NCBI GenBank assembly: GCA_045532865.1
Contig: JAZSGT010000048.1
Span: 128-64,127 of the forward strand
Source: Alphaproteobacteria bacterium
GTDB taxonomy: Bacteria; Pseudomonadota; Alphaproteobacteria; CAAHEQ01; UBA3637
Direction: 5' to 3'
Length of the DNA stretch: 64,000 bases
The notes beneath the pieces were generated by a model, which saw nothing but the letters and a program-made list of their open reading frames with translations, was not told where the DNA came from and ran no database searches. Of this stretch, positions 36,730 to 45,086 are shown in pieces; the stretch's first letter is position 1; each line of letters starts with the position of its first letter. A program made the position numbers and the translations under genes.

Positions 36730-37881
36730 ATGACACAGCAAATAACAAGTTTGGTAACAATTATTACTCCGACATATAATTTGATTGAAAATGCACGCCT
36801 TGAGTGGTTCAAGCAGAATATTGAAAGTGTTCAAGATCAGACGTATCCCTTTATTGAGCATTTGGTGATTGATGGAGGTTCAACAGATGGAACCATTGAT
36901 GTTTTAGAACAGTATCAAAAAGAGGGGTTGATTACTTATTATTCGCAAAAAGATAAGGGGATTTATGATGCTCTTAATCGTGGTATTTTAAAAGCAAAGG
37001 GAAAATATGTTGTTTGCCTTAATTCAGATGATTACTATTTTTCAAACAAAGCAGTGGAGTTAGAAGTTACATTATTGGAGAAAACAAAAGCAGATGCTTG
37101 TTATGCAGATACAATGGGAATCAATGCAAAAGATGATAGTTATTTATCCATTTGGTCAGGAAAAGATACTTTTTTCCCACCATTTGGGGAGATACCAAAT
37201 CATCAAACGTTTATGATTAAAACAAGCGTGATGAAGGAATTGGGGCTGTATAACACGGATTATAGAGTGTCAGCTGATAGTAATTTTATTTATAAAATGA
37301 TTGCGCATGACAAAAAGTTTGTTTATGTGCCTGAAACGTTGGTTGGGTATAGAAGTGGTGGATATTCCGATCAAAACCATGTGGATGTGTTGAAAGATCA
37401 AGAGCGAAGTTTTCAAGAGTTTTTTGCAACGAAATTAGGCTTGACAGAAGAAGAAATTCACCTGTTAGCTCACAATCGTTTTTTGTCTCTTGAGCTTGAA
37501 AAAGCTATTTCTTTGGGCTCAAAGTTAAAACGACCTGATTGGATTGAGGCTTTTTTTAGCCGGTATTTGAAAAATAAGCGAGTTATACCAGCTTCAATTT
37601 TTAAAAAAGAAGAGATGTCTCCTTTAAAAGAAGGGATGAGTATTCGGTATAAGTTTTTTGATTTTTTGTATTTTTTTAAGATAAAAAGAAAGGAACATTC
37701 AATAAAGGCGTATCTTTTTGGTAAAGTTCCGATTTTATGTTATAAGAAAAAAGGTGTTAAAAAGGTTTTAAAAGTTTTGTTTTGCCCACTTTTTAAAGAA
37801 AGAACCTTTCAATCAGGTAAAATGGTCAAATATTATGTTTTGAATATCCCATTTTTAAAAGTTGTTAGAAAGGTAGGTTAG
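36730..37881 (+). CDS. Family 2 glycosyltransferase with a long basic-aromatic C-terminal tail
   Basis: VTIITPTYNLIENARLEWFKQNIESVQDQTYPFIEHLVIDGGSTDGT and LNSDD (the DxD) are present. The tail contains IKAYLFGKVPILCYKKK and VKYYVLNIPFLKVVRK. Confidence 0.8.
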   Translation: MTQQITSLVTIITPTYNLIENARLEWFKQNIESVQDQTYPFIEHLVIDGGSTDGTIDVLEQYQKEGLITYYSQKDKGIYDALNRGILKAKGKYVVCLNSDDYYFSNKAVELEVTLLEKTKADACYADTMGINAKDDSYLSIWSGKDTFFPPFGEIPNHQTFMIKTSVMKELGLYNTDYRVSADSNFIYKMIAHDKKFVYVPETLVGYRSGGYSDQNHVDVLKDQERSFQEFFATKLGLTEEEIHLLAHNRFLSLELEKAISLGSKLKRPDWIEAFFSRYLKNKRVIPASIFKKEEMSPLKEGMSIRYKFFDFLYFFKIKRKEHSIKAYLFGKVPILCYKKKGVKKVLKVLFCPLFKERTFQSGKMVKYYVLNIPFLKVVRKVG

Positions 37882-39219
37882 ATGTTATTTCCAGAAAAAA
37901 TAAAATCTCTTTTTAAAGTAAGGGAAGGGAACTCTTCTCTTTTATCAAAAAGTTTGTGTGATGAAAAAGGGCGTGTGTTTATAGAGAATAACAATGTTTA
38001 TCGTGCGATATTCCCTGCGTATGAACAAGAGGTGTTAGAACTTTTGAATTCTAAAATGTTTGAAGCTTTGGTTAAAATGGGTTGGTTCCCTAAAACAAAG
38101 GTGTCATCAAAAAAGATAAAGGGATTTAATCTGGTTTTAAAACATGAAAAATTGCTTGCTTCTGAACAAACAGAGTGGAGCTTTTTCAATTTAAAAGAGG
38201 CCGTGTTGTTGCTCTTAAAGTTGGAGCAGTTTTTAAATGTATATGGTTATCAGCTTTGGGATGGGCATTTATACAATATTCTTTTAAAAAACAATCGTCC
38301 TTTGTTTGTTGATTTAGGTTCTATTCAAAAAAAGAAAGGACCTTCTTGTTTTTATAATGAAATACTTTATTTGTCCATTTATCCATTGGTATTGATGAGC
38401 ATGAATGAACGATTTTTGGCGCATTCAATTTTATCCTATCACAATTATATGCGAATTATTCCTGCACAACAAATTGAAAATTCTGAAGCTGTGCAACAAG
38501 TGATAGAGTCTTTTTTTAAAAAACATAAGGTGCCTTATGATTTAAATAGATTATATGACCCTGTGTTTTTAGAGAAATATCTAACAAAACCTCAAATGGA
38601 GGAAACACTTTGGGCAAATTATCAAACAGATTTTTATGAAAATCAAAATCTGGACCGGTTTAAAAGGTATGCCCTTATTGATCGGTATATTCAAAAATTT
38701 ACAAAACAAAAGCGTATAAGTGTATGTGATTTGGCTGGTAATCAAGGAGCATTACTTTATTATTTGGAACAAAAGAATAAGAGAAAATACACATTTTTAA
38801 CCAACATTGATTATGATGAAAATGCCATTGAGGCTTCTCAAAAAATTTTGATTTCAAAAGGGTCAAAAGTATCATCGTATCTTTTTAACTTTATGATGCC
38901 AAAAAGGGACTTGTATCAAGACTTTAAGCATGATGTTGTTTTGGCGTTGGCTGTAACACATCACCTTATTTTGTCTCAAAAGTTTCATTTAGATGCAGTA
39001 TTTGAACAAATAAAAAAGTATTCAAAAAAGTTTGTGTTTGTTGAGTTTATGCCCCTTGGTTTGTGGGACGGAACAACAGCGCCAGATTTACCCCCATGGT
39101 ATTTAAAAGAGTGGTTCACCACGCATTTTAAAAATCATTTTAAGCTTTTAAAAGTCAAACAAATGGAAGCGAATCGTATTTTGTTTGTAGGTCGTGTGAA
39201 AGGGGAAAATAGGAGATGA
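37882..39219 (+). CDS. Two-domain protein: N-terminal kinase-like region plus C-terminal SAM-methyltransferase-like region
   Basis: WDGHLYNILLKNNRPLFVDLGS (38260-38319) fits a DxHxxN ... D(L/F)G kinase catalytic pattern. VCDLAGNQGALLYYL resembles methyltransferase motif I, followed by DVVLALAVTHHL. The ATG abuts the preceding stop. Confidence 0.5.
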   Translation: MLFPEKIKSLFKVREGNSSLLSKSLCDEKGRVFIENNNVYRAIFPAYEQEVLELLNSKMFEALVKMGWFPKTKVSSKKIKGFNLVLKHEKLLASEQTEWSFFNLKEAVLLLLKLEQFLNVYGYQLWDGHLYNILLKNNRPLFVDLGSIQKKKGPSCFYNEILYLSIYPLVLMSMNERFLAHSILSYHNYMRIIPAQQIENSEAVQQVIESFFKKHKVPYDLNRLYDPVFLEKYLTKPQMEETLWANYQTDFYENQNLDRFKRYALIDRYIQKFTKQKRISVCDLAGNQGALLYYLEQKNKRKYTFLTNIDYDENAIEASQKILISKGSKVSSYLFNFMMPKRDLYQDFKHDVVLALAVTHHLILSQKFHLDAVFEQIKKYSKKFVFVEFMPLGLWDGTTAPDLPPWYLKEWFTTHFKNHFKLLKVKQMEANRILFVGRVKGENRR

Positions 39220-39587
39220 ATTTGTATCAATTAAATGAAAAAGGGATGCGTCCTTGGGGATCTTGGCAAGTGATAGGTGTTGGAAAAGGATATATTGTTA
39301 AAAAGTTACAGATTTTGCCTCAGGCTTCTTTGTCTTTACAAATGCATCATCATCGTGCAGAACATTGGGTTGTGGTGAGGGGAAAAGCGCACGTTCAAGT
39401 GGGTGAAAAAGAGTTTGATTTAACCAAAGGAATGGTGGTAGATATCCCTAAAAAAACAAAACATCAGCTTGAAAATTTAAGCAATCAACCTTTAGAAGTT
39501 ATTGAAGTTCAAATGGGTAAAATTTTAAATGAAGAAGACATTGTTCGTTTTAAGGATCGATATAATAGAGTAGAAAAGGGATATTGA
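39216..39587 (+). CDS. Cupin-domain protein, mannose-6-phosphate isomerase type II C-terminal domain-like
   Basis: RPWGSWQVI ... LSLQMHHHRAEHWVVVRGKAHVQVGEKEFDL ... IPKKTKHQLEN matches the PMI-type cupin motif pattern. It overlaps the upstream gene with ATGA. Confidence 0.75.
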   Translation: MNLYQLNEKGMRPWGSWQVIGVGKGYIVKKLQILPQASLSLQMHHHRAEHWVVVRGKAHVQVGEKEFDLTKGMVVDIPKKTKHQLENLSNQPLEVIEVQMGKILNEEDIVRFKDRYNRVEKGY

Positions 39588-39674
39588 GAAAATTTATGTC
39601 CATTTTTTATCTTTACATAAAATTTGTTGTCATGATAAAATGATTACATAATAATGGTTTTATGGGAAAGGATA

Positions 39675-42194
39675 ATGTTAATGTGGCATAAGCTTCTTCC
39701 AAATACATTGGATGTAATTAAGGTAAAATATGGGCAAAAAAATGGGAGAGCAAAAACAATTACTTATCAAGAATTTTTGAATTTGCCAGCTCATGAGTTG
39801 TCTTCAAAAGAACAAGAATTACAAAAAGCAATGGAAAAACTCTATCATGTGAATGACAGGTACCCTCCTTTGTTTAAAGAATTCCCAAATTGGCGACCTA
39901 ATCAACCCTTGACGATTGATGCAACAACTTTGTCATATAGTAAAACGGTTAGAGCTTCTTTTATACCGGCTAAAAATGTGGTTGAATTTACGACAGCTGC
40001 ATTTGATGAGGAGTTGTTTTCAACTTTGGTGCATGAATTGAAACATGCTGAAGATTGCACAGAAGACTATGTTAGTTCATTTCTAACAACACGTTGTCAA
40101 GATGGGCTTGCTTATCATCAAATAGGGGTTCTTTTAGAGGCGAGAGCTAGAGCATGTGAATTAACAGCGGTTATGGCTGATTGTTTGGATAGAGACTTAA
40201 GTGTTGAAGAGTTTCGTGCTGAAATTCAAAAAGATGGAATTTATAGATATGTTTCAATGATTATGCCTGAGGTTGAAAAACAGTATAAAAATTATATGCG
40301 TTTTTGGGCGAAAGATACGGGAAAAAATCTTCAAGAGATGCAACATGTTGCAACCATTGCTATTATCCCACATTTTGTGGAAGGACAAGATTATAAAGAA
40401 GGTTATTTCCTTGATTACAATAAAAATCATTCAATTAAAGCAAGCGATAAGGGTTTGCAAGAATTACCATCTTCTTGGACAGATTTTTATTCCCATCATT
40501 ATAATGATGCTTTTATAGAAATGTTAAGGGCCTCTTTTCCAAATGGAAAACCACTTGAAGCAGGTGCTGATAAGATTACAGCAGATATTTTTGAAAAACT
40601 AAATGTAAATGTAAATGTGGATCTTTCCCCTCTTTTGTGGAAAGCTATTGAAAAACAAGATGTTGCAGCTGTTAAAGATTTAATCAAAGAAGGTGTAAAT
40701 ATAAATGGTTTGAATAATGAGGGATGGACTTCTTTGCATGTTGCAGCTAATTGTGGAAATGTTGAGATTGTTAATATGTTGATCAAAGAAGGGGTAAATG
40801 TTGACCAAGTAGATCAACATGGACGAACGCCTTTAATGCTGGCAGCTAAGAACGCCCATTTTTTGGTTGTTGAGGCCTTAATAAAACAAGGGGCAGATGT
40901 GAATCAATCAGACAAATTTGGTGAGGCACCCTTGGTTTCATTAGCTGATGGGTTGCATCTTGCTTTAAGTTTTCCGAATAATTCAAAAAAAGTTACCGAT
41001 TATATCAAAACTGCTAAAATTCTTAGGAAACATGGTGGGAAATTTAACGGTTCTATACCTAAAGTTGTTTATGAATTATTCGTTAAAGAAGGGATTATTA
41101 TTCCAAAAGAGGGTGTCGAAAATGGTTTAACTACTTCTTCTTATATCCCAACACGCTCAACTTCTGTGACTGGTGGGCAAGTAGTAGTGTCTACAAAGAA
41201 AACTAGGAATGTTAACAAAGGGAATAAGAATGGTGAAACGCTTTTGATTGATGCTGCGAGAAATGGAGATGTTGATGTTGTAGATGCATTGTTAAAACAA
41301 GGGGGAAATGTAAACCAAGGAAATAAAAAAGGTGAGACTCCTTTGATTTTGGCTGCAGCGTATGGACATGTTGAAGTTGTTGATGTTTTAATAAAACAAG
41401 GAGCAAATGTTAATCAAGGAAATAAAAACGGAGATACGCCTTTGCATTTAGCTGCCATAAATGGACGTACTGAAGTTGTTGATACTTTGATAAGGCAAGG
41501 AGCAAATGTTAATCAAGGAAATAAATTTGGAGAGCCACCGTTGATTCGAACTGCTATGATGGGACATGTTAAAGTTGCTGAATCCTTAATAAGACATGGT
41601 GCAGACGTTAATCAAGGAAATGAAACGGGAGTGACTCCTTTGCATGGGGCCCTGGCGCATAATCATGTTGAATTAGTTGATATTTTAATAAGATATGGTG
41701 CAGATGTTAACCAAGGGAATAAATACGGTGTGACACCTTTGATTGTTGCTGCAGCGAATGAGTGTGTTGAATCAATTGATATTTTAATAAGACATGGTGC
41801 AAATATAAATCAAGGAAATAAAGATGGACAAACGCCCTTAATAATAGCAGCTGAGAATGGACATATTTCTATTGTTGAGGCTTTAATAAAACACGGGGTA
41901 GATGTGAATCAAACAGACAAATTTGGTGTGACACCGTTGTCTTATGTGATAAATGTTTTGAATGAAAAATTAAAAGCAGGGGATTCTGATGTTTCAAATT
42001 GGTTGAAAATTGCTGAAATGCTCAAACAAAAAGGGGCAGAAGAGTTGCAAACAGGGCATTTGAGTTCTAACGCTTACCCAAGTGAAAATGATTTAAATGT
42101 ATCAACTCGTTTGGTGGAATGTGCTACATGTGTAAATGAAAGTCCAGAAGAAGATTTATCTATGCCAAAACAAGGCCGAGGAAATATTTCTTAA
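39675..42194 (+). CDS. Putative effector: N-terminal HExxH (zincin-like) domain fused to a long ankyrin-repeat array
   Basis: LVHELKHAED contains HELKH at 40032-40046. There are at least 10 ANK repeats (GWTSLHVAANCGNVEIVNMLIKEGVNVD, GRTPLMLAAKNAHFLVVEALIKQGADVN, GETPLILAAAYGHVEVVDVLIKQGANVN and others). I chose the start at the ATG 39675, behind a GGGAAAGG SD. The track start is 39654. Confidence 0.8.
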   Translation: MLMWHKLLPNTLDVIKVKYGQKNGRAKTITYQEFLNLPAHELSSKEQELQKAMEKLYHVNDRYPPLFKEFPNWRPNQPLTIDATTLSYSKTVRASFIPAKNVVEFTTAAFDEELFSTLVHELKHAEDCTEDYVSSFLTTRCQDGLAYHQIGVLLEARARACELTAVMADCLDRDLSVEEFRAEIQKDGIYRYVSMIMPEVEKQYKNYMRFWAKDTGKNLQEMQHVATIAIIPHFVEGQDYKEGYFLDYNKNHSIKASDKGLQELPSSWTDFYSHHYNDAFIEMLRASFPNGKPLEAGADKITADIFEKLNVNVNVDLSPLLWKAIEKQDVAAVKDLIKEGVNINGLNNEGWTSLHVAANCGNVEIVNMLIKEGVNVDQVDQHGRTPLMLAAKNAHFLVVEALIKQGADVNQSDKFGEAPLVSLADGLHLALSFPNNSKKVTDYIKTAKILRKHGGKFNGSIPKVVYELFVKEGIIIPKEGVENGLTTSSYIPTRSTSVTGGQVVVSTKKTRNVNKGNKNGETLLIDAARNGDVDVVDALLKQGGNVNQGNKKGETPLILAAAYGHVEVVDVLIKQGANVNQGNKNGDTPLHLAAINGRTEVVDTLIRQGANVNQGNKFGEPPLIRTAMMGHVKVAESLIRHGADVNQGNETGVTPLHGALAHNHVELVDILIRYGADVNQGNKYGVTPLIVAAANECVESIDILIRHGANINQGNKDGQTPLIIAAENGHISIVEALIKHGVDVNQTDKFGVTPLSYVINVLNEKLKAGDSDVSNWLKIAEMLKQKGAEELQTGHLSSNAYPSENDLNVSTRLVECATCVNESPEEDLSMPKQGRGNIS

Positions 42195-42267
42195 AATAAC
42201 TTTAATAATGTTTTGAAATAATTGAAAAAATATGCTATCTTTCTAATCGGTGTTTTAGGAGGATAAA

Positions 42268-42837
42268 ATGAGTGATATACCAACAAAATTAGAAGGAGCC
42301 AAAATTTACATTCAAAAGCTCCCTGTAACATTTGAATTTGCGCATCAATTATTTGGTATTGTTGAGGTAAATAGAAACCATATTTTACCTTGGCTGGATT
42401 GGGCTTTGCCTGAAATGACAGCAAAGGCTGAGGATGAATATAACTTTGCCTTATTTGCTGATGAAGATTGGGCCGCAGGGAAACGGTTTGAATTTGCAAT
42501 TTTTAAGCAAGGTACAAAAGAGTTGTTAGGCGGCATTTGTTTGATACGATATGGTAATAAGCGTGATAAAAAAGGAGAAATTGGCTATTGGCTTAAAAAA
42601 GAAGCAACAGGAAAGGGGTATATGCTTGAGGCTATTTCTTTAATCGAAAAGTTTGCTTATGATCTGGGATATGAACGCCTTGTGATTAGAAATGATGTGG
42701 ACAATATTCCTTCTAAAAGAGTGGCTGAAAGAGCAGGGTATACTTTTGAAGGAATTGAGCGCCACGGTCATTATGATCGAAAAAATGACAAGTTCGTTGA
42801 CATCAATGTTTTTTCAAAATTACGTTCTGAAATTTAA
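42268..42837 (+). CDS. GNAT N-acetyltransferase (RimJ/RimL-like)
   Basis: The layout is typical of RimJ/L: IGYWLKKEATGKGYMLEAISLIEKFAY ... RNDVDNIPSKRVAERAGYTFEG. Confidence 0.8.
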   Translation: MSDIPTKLEGAKIYIQKLPVTFEFAHQLFGIVEVNRNHILPWLDWALPEMTAKAEDEYNFALFADEDWAAGKRFEFAIFKQGTKELLGGICLIRYGNKRDKKGEIGYWLKKEATGKGYMLEAISLIEKFAYDLGYERLVIRNDVDNIPSKRVAERAGYTFEGIERHGHYDRKNDKFVDINVFSKLRSEI

Positions 42838-42910
42838 TAATAACACGAGCGTTAAAAAAAGTTTTAATTACGTTGTTTTTAAATTTTAAAAGAGACGTAT
42901 CAGATAAATT

Positions 42911-43438
42911 TTATTTCCAGTATAGTTCAAGTAATGAAACAGCTCCTAAACGGTTGGCATACTCTTTGGGGTTTGATATGATATTGTTTTTCAAAGATGC
43001 TAAATCAGTCCACATAACTTCAGAAACTTCACCATCTTTAAATATAAATGATTGATTGTTGTTTACGTGTATTAAAAAAACACCTAACATTTCTTTGTTT
43101 TTATTTTCCTGTGAAGTATAACGGAATTCTCCTAATTTAATAATGTCATTTTTTTTAATTTGTAAGCCTAATTCCTCATCACCTTCTTTAATAACATTAT
43201 CTATTAGAATGTTTTTTTGATCGTTTGTTTCAGTACAGTGGCCTCCAAATGACACATCCCATTTGCCGGCGCTTTTTTCTTTTGTAGCTGAGCGTCTTTG
43301 AATGAGGATTTTTCCATCTTCATTCATAACCCAACATTGAATAGCGTAGTGTAAAAATCCATTGTTATGTACAAGTTGTCGATCTTCTAAATTTGAAATA
43401 TCGCCATTTTCATTAAGCGTGTATATTTTTTCAACCAT
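42911..43438 (-). CDS. Nudix-fold hydrolase, IDI/YfcD-like, with a divergent Nudix box
   Basis: GFLHYAIQCWVMNEDGKILIQRRSATKEKSAGKWDVSFGGHC ... IKEGDEELGL. This is a variant Nudix box with KE-x2-EE-x-GL in place of RE-x2-EE-x-GU. Confidence 0.65.
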   Translation of the reverse strand: MVEKIYTLNENGDISNLEDRQLVHNNGFLHYAIQCWVMNEDGKILIQRRSATKEKSAGKWDVSFGGHCTETNDQKNILIDNVIKEGDEELGLQIKKNDIIKLGEFRYTSQENKNKEMLGVFLIHVNNNQSFIFKDGEVSEVMWTDLASLKNNIISNPKEYANRLGAVSLLELYWK

Positions 43439-43563
43439 GTATTACCTTTTAAAATAGATAGAAATTTTAATGCTGAAACAGTTTTTTCTTTGGGTTTAAT
43501 AAACAACCTTATGGGATATATTAGATACATCCTTTATATTAAAAAAGACTTGTTGGAACTTAT

Positions 43564-43902
43564 CTATTTTTGAATAAGTCCAATCTCAATCCCAACAACA
43601 CCAAATTTTTGTTGATCAGTTGGGGTATAAAATTCTTCCAAAGCGTTGGTTAAATCATCCCTTGTTCTAAAACCTGCTTGGTAAGGTTGAATTTTATTGC
43701 AAAGGGCGTCAAAGTTCTTTTCCCAATGCAGATTAATCACTTTGGCATGGAAAGAGTCTTTTTTATCTTCGCTGTTGGTAAATAAAATGTAATCACCCAT
43801 TTTGATTTTTTGACGTTTTTCATCAAAAAGGCGAAGTTCAATAATTTTTTTGCCTTCTTTTAACTGATTAAAATAAGGCTGTTTCACACTCATGTAATGC
43901 AT
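43564..43902 (-). CDS. ASCH-domain protein (112 aa)
   Basis: MSVKQPYFNQLKEGKKIIELRLFDEKRQKIKMGDYILF is ASCH-like (the pattern is KT.E.R ... GD). I chose the start at the ATG 43902, behind a perfect AAGGAGG SD. The tracked 210-aa extension is low-complexity and overlaps a divergent promoter. Confidence 0.65.
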   Translation of the reverse strand: MHYMSVKQPYFNQLKEGKKIIELRLFDEKRQKIKMGDYILFTNSEDKKDSFHAKVINLHWEKNFDALCNKIQPYQAGFRTRDDLTNALEEFYTPTDQQKFGVVGIEIGLIQK

Positions 43903-44009
43903 AATGCCCTCCTTTCGTGTTTGACAGGTGTAGTTTAACATAAAAAAATACTTCTTGCAACTGATATTTTTATAATGTTTTGAATAAGTTTTAAAAATAT
44001 AAAAAAATG

Positions 44010-44038
44010 TTGACGGATATTTTGAAATATGATAAAAT
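44010..44038 (+). promoter_or_regulatory. Sigma70 promoter with extended -10
   Basis: TTGACG (44010-44015), a 17-nt spacer ending in TGa, then TAAAAT (44033-44038). It lies about 28 nt upstream of the ATG at 44066. Confidence 0.65.
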
Positions 44039-44065
44039 ACTTGTCGTTTTTTTATGGAGAAATTA

Positions 44066-44929
44066 ATGAGTGAAACTGGGTTATACCAAAAACAATTACG
44101 TGAAATGTATGATTTGCGAGGGAATGGTGAAGGAGCTGTTCTTTCATATATTAAGCGAAATTTTATTACTTTTGAAAAGGGTAACACATTAAACAACGAA
44201 TCAATTATTGCGTTTTTTGCAGATTATGGCTTTGATAAGGTGTTGCGCGAGATGGCATCTCGAGAGATGGATTTTTATGCTGCAAAGGAAGTTGGTTCTT
44301 TAGAAAAGATGGGTAAAACAGTTTTAGATCAATATTTAATGGCAGCCAAATGGTATGATAAAGATTGTTTGGATTTGATTTTAAATGTTGGTTCTTATAA
44401 GTCCTGTGATATGGCACGTTCTTTTATGAATATTTGCGAAATACAGCAACAAATTGTTCGCACAAATGCTTCTAAAATTGTTGGATTGAATATGCATGCT
44501 GTGGTAGATTCATTTTTAGAAAATGGTTTGGATTTGGATGAAGAAGTTGATGGTGGATTGCCATTTCATTCTTTGTGTGCGCTTTATTCTGATGCAAAAA
44601 AACAAAATGTATCTCCAGTTTATCAAAAAATGTTGGCTGCTTGTGTGCAAAGATGTTTGGACGCTGATGTTGATTTAAATGCAGTTGATTCAAATAATAG
44701 AACAGCTTTTTCAATAAATGATATGGAAATGAAATCAAAATTTGTGCGTTTTCAAAAGATGAAAGAAGAAAAACGTTTGTTAGATTTGTTTATGGTGGTG
44801 GATCAATTGATTCAAGGGGGTGTTACCGTGGAGTCGGCAGATCTTCTAAAAACACATATTGTGTCACTCAAAAAAGATATTGCTCATTATGCAAAAAGAG
44901 CCAGATTTGATGACGAAATTCAAAGATAG
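44066..44929 (+). CDS. Hypothetical protein, possibly with degenerate ANK-like repeats
   Basis: The ORF is open. A GGAGA SD precedes the second ATG (MSETGLYQ). LDADVDLNAVDSNNRTAFSIND is ANK-like, but the repeats are weak. Confidence 0.55.
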   Translation: MSETGLYQKQLREMYDLRGNGEGAVLSYIKRNFITFEKGNTLNNESIIAFFADYGFDKVLREMASREMDFYAAKEVGSLEKMGKTVLDQYLMAAKWYDKDCLDLILNVGSYKSCDMARSFMNICEIQQQIVRTNASKIVGLNMHAVVDSFLENGLDLDEEVDGGLPFHSLCALYSDAKKQNVSPVYQKMLAACVQRCLDADVDLNAVDSNNRTAFSINDMEMKSKFVRFQKMKEEKRLLDLFMVVDQLIQGGVTVESADLLKTHIVSLKKDIAHYAKRARFDDEIQR

Positions 44930-45031
44930 CTTAAAATCAACAAGATTCGTTTCGTGGCTACTTTTTTTATTATATCAAAAAAACCTGGTCTAAATCAAGA
45001 AAAAACAACAAAAGAGGTGAAAATAAAGTAT

Positions 45032-45060
45032 TTGTTTTTACTTCTTTTTTTTGATATAAT
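45032..45060 (+). promoter_or_regulatory. Candidate promoter with extended -10 for the radical-SAM/Nudix pair
   Basis: TGaTATAAT lies at 45052-45060, with a weak -35 TTGTTT 17 nt upstream. Confidence 0.45.
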
Positions 45061-45086
45061 GAGCCAAAAGCGAAAGGAGGGTTGCT

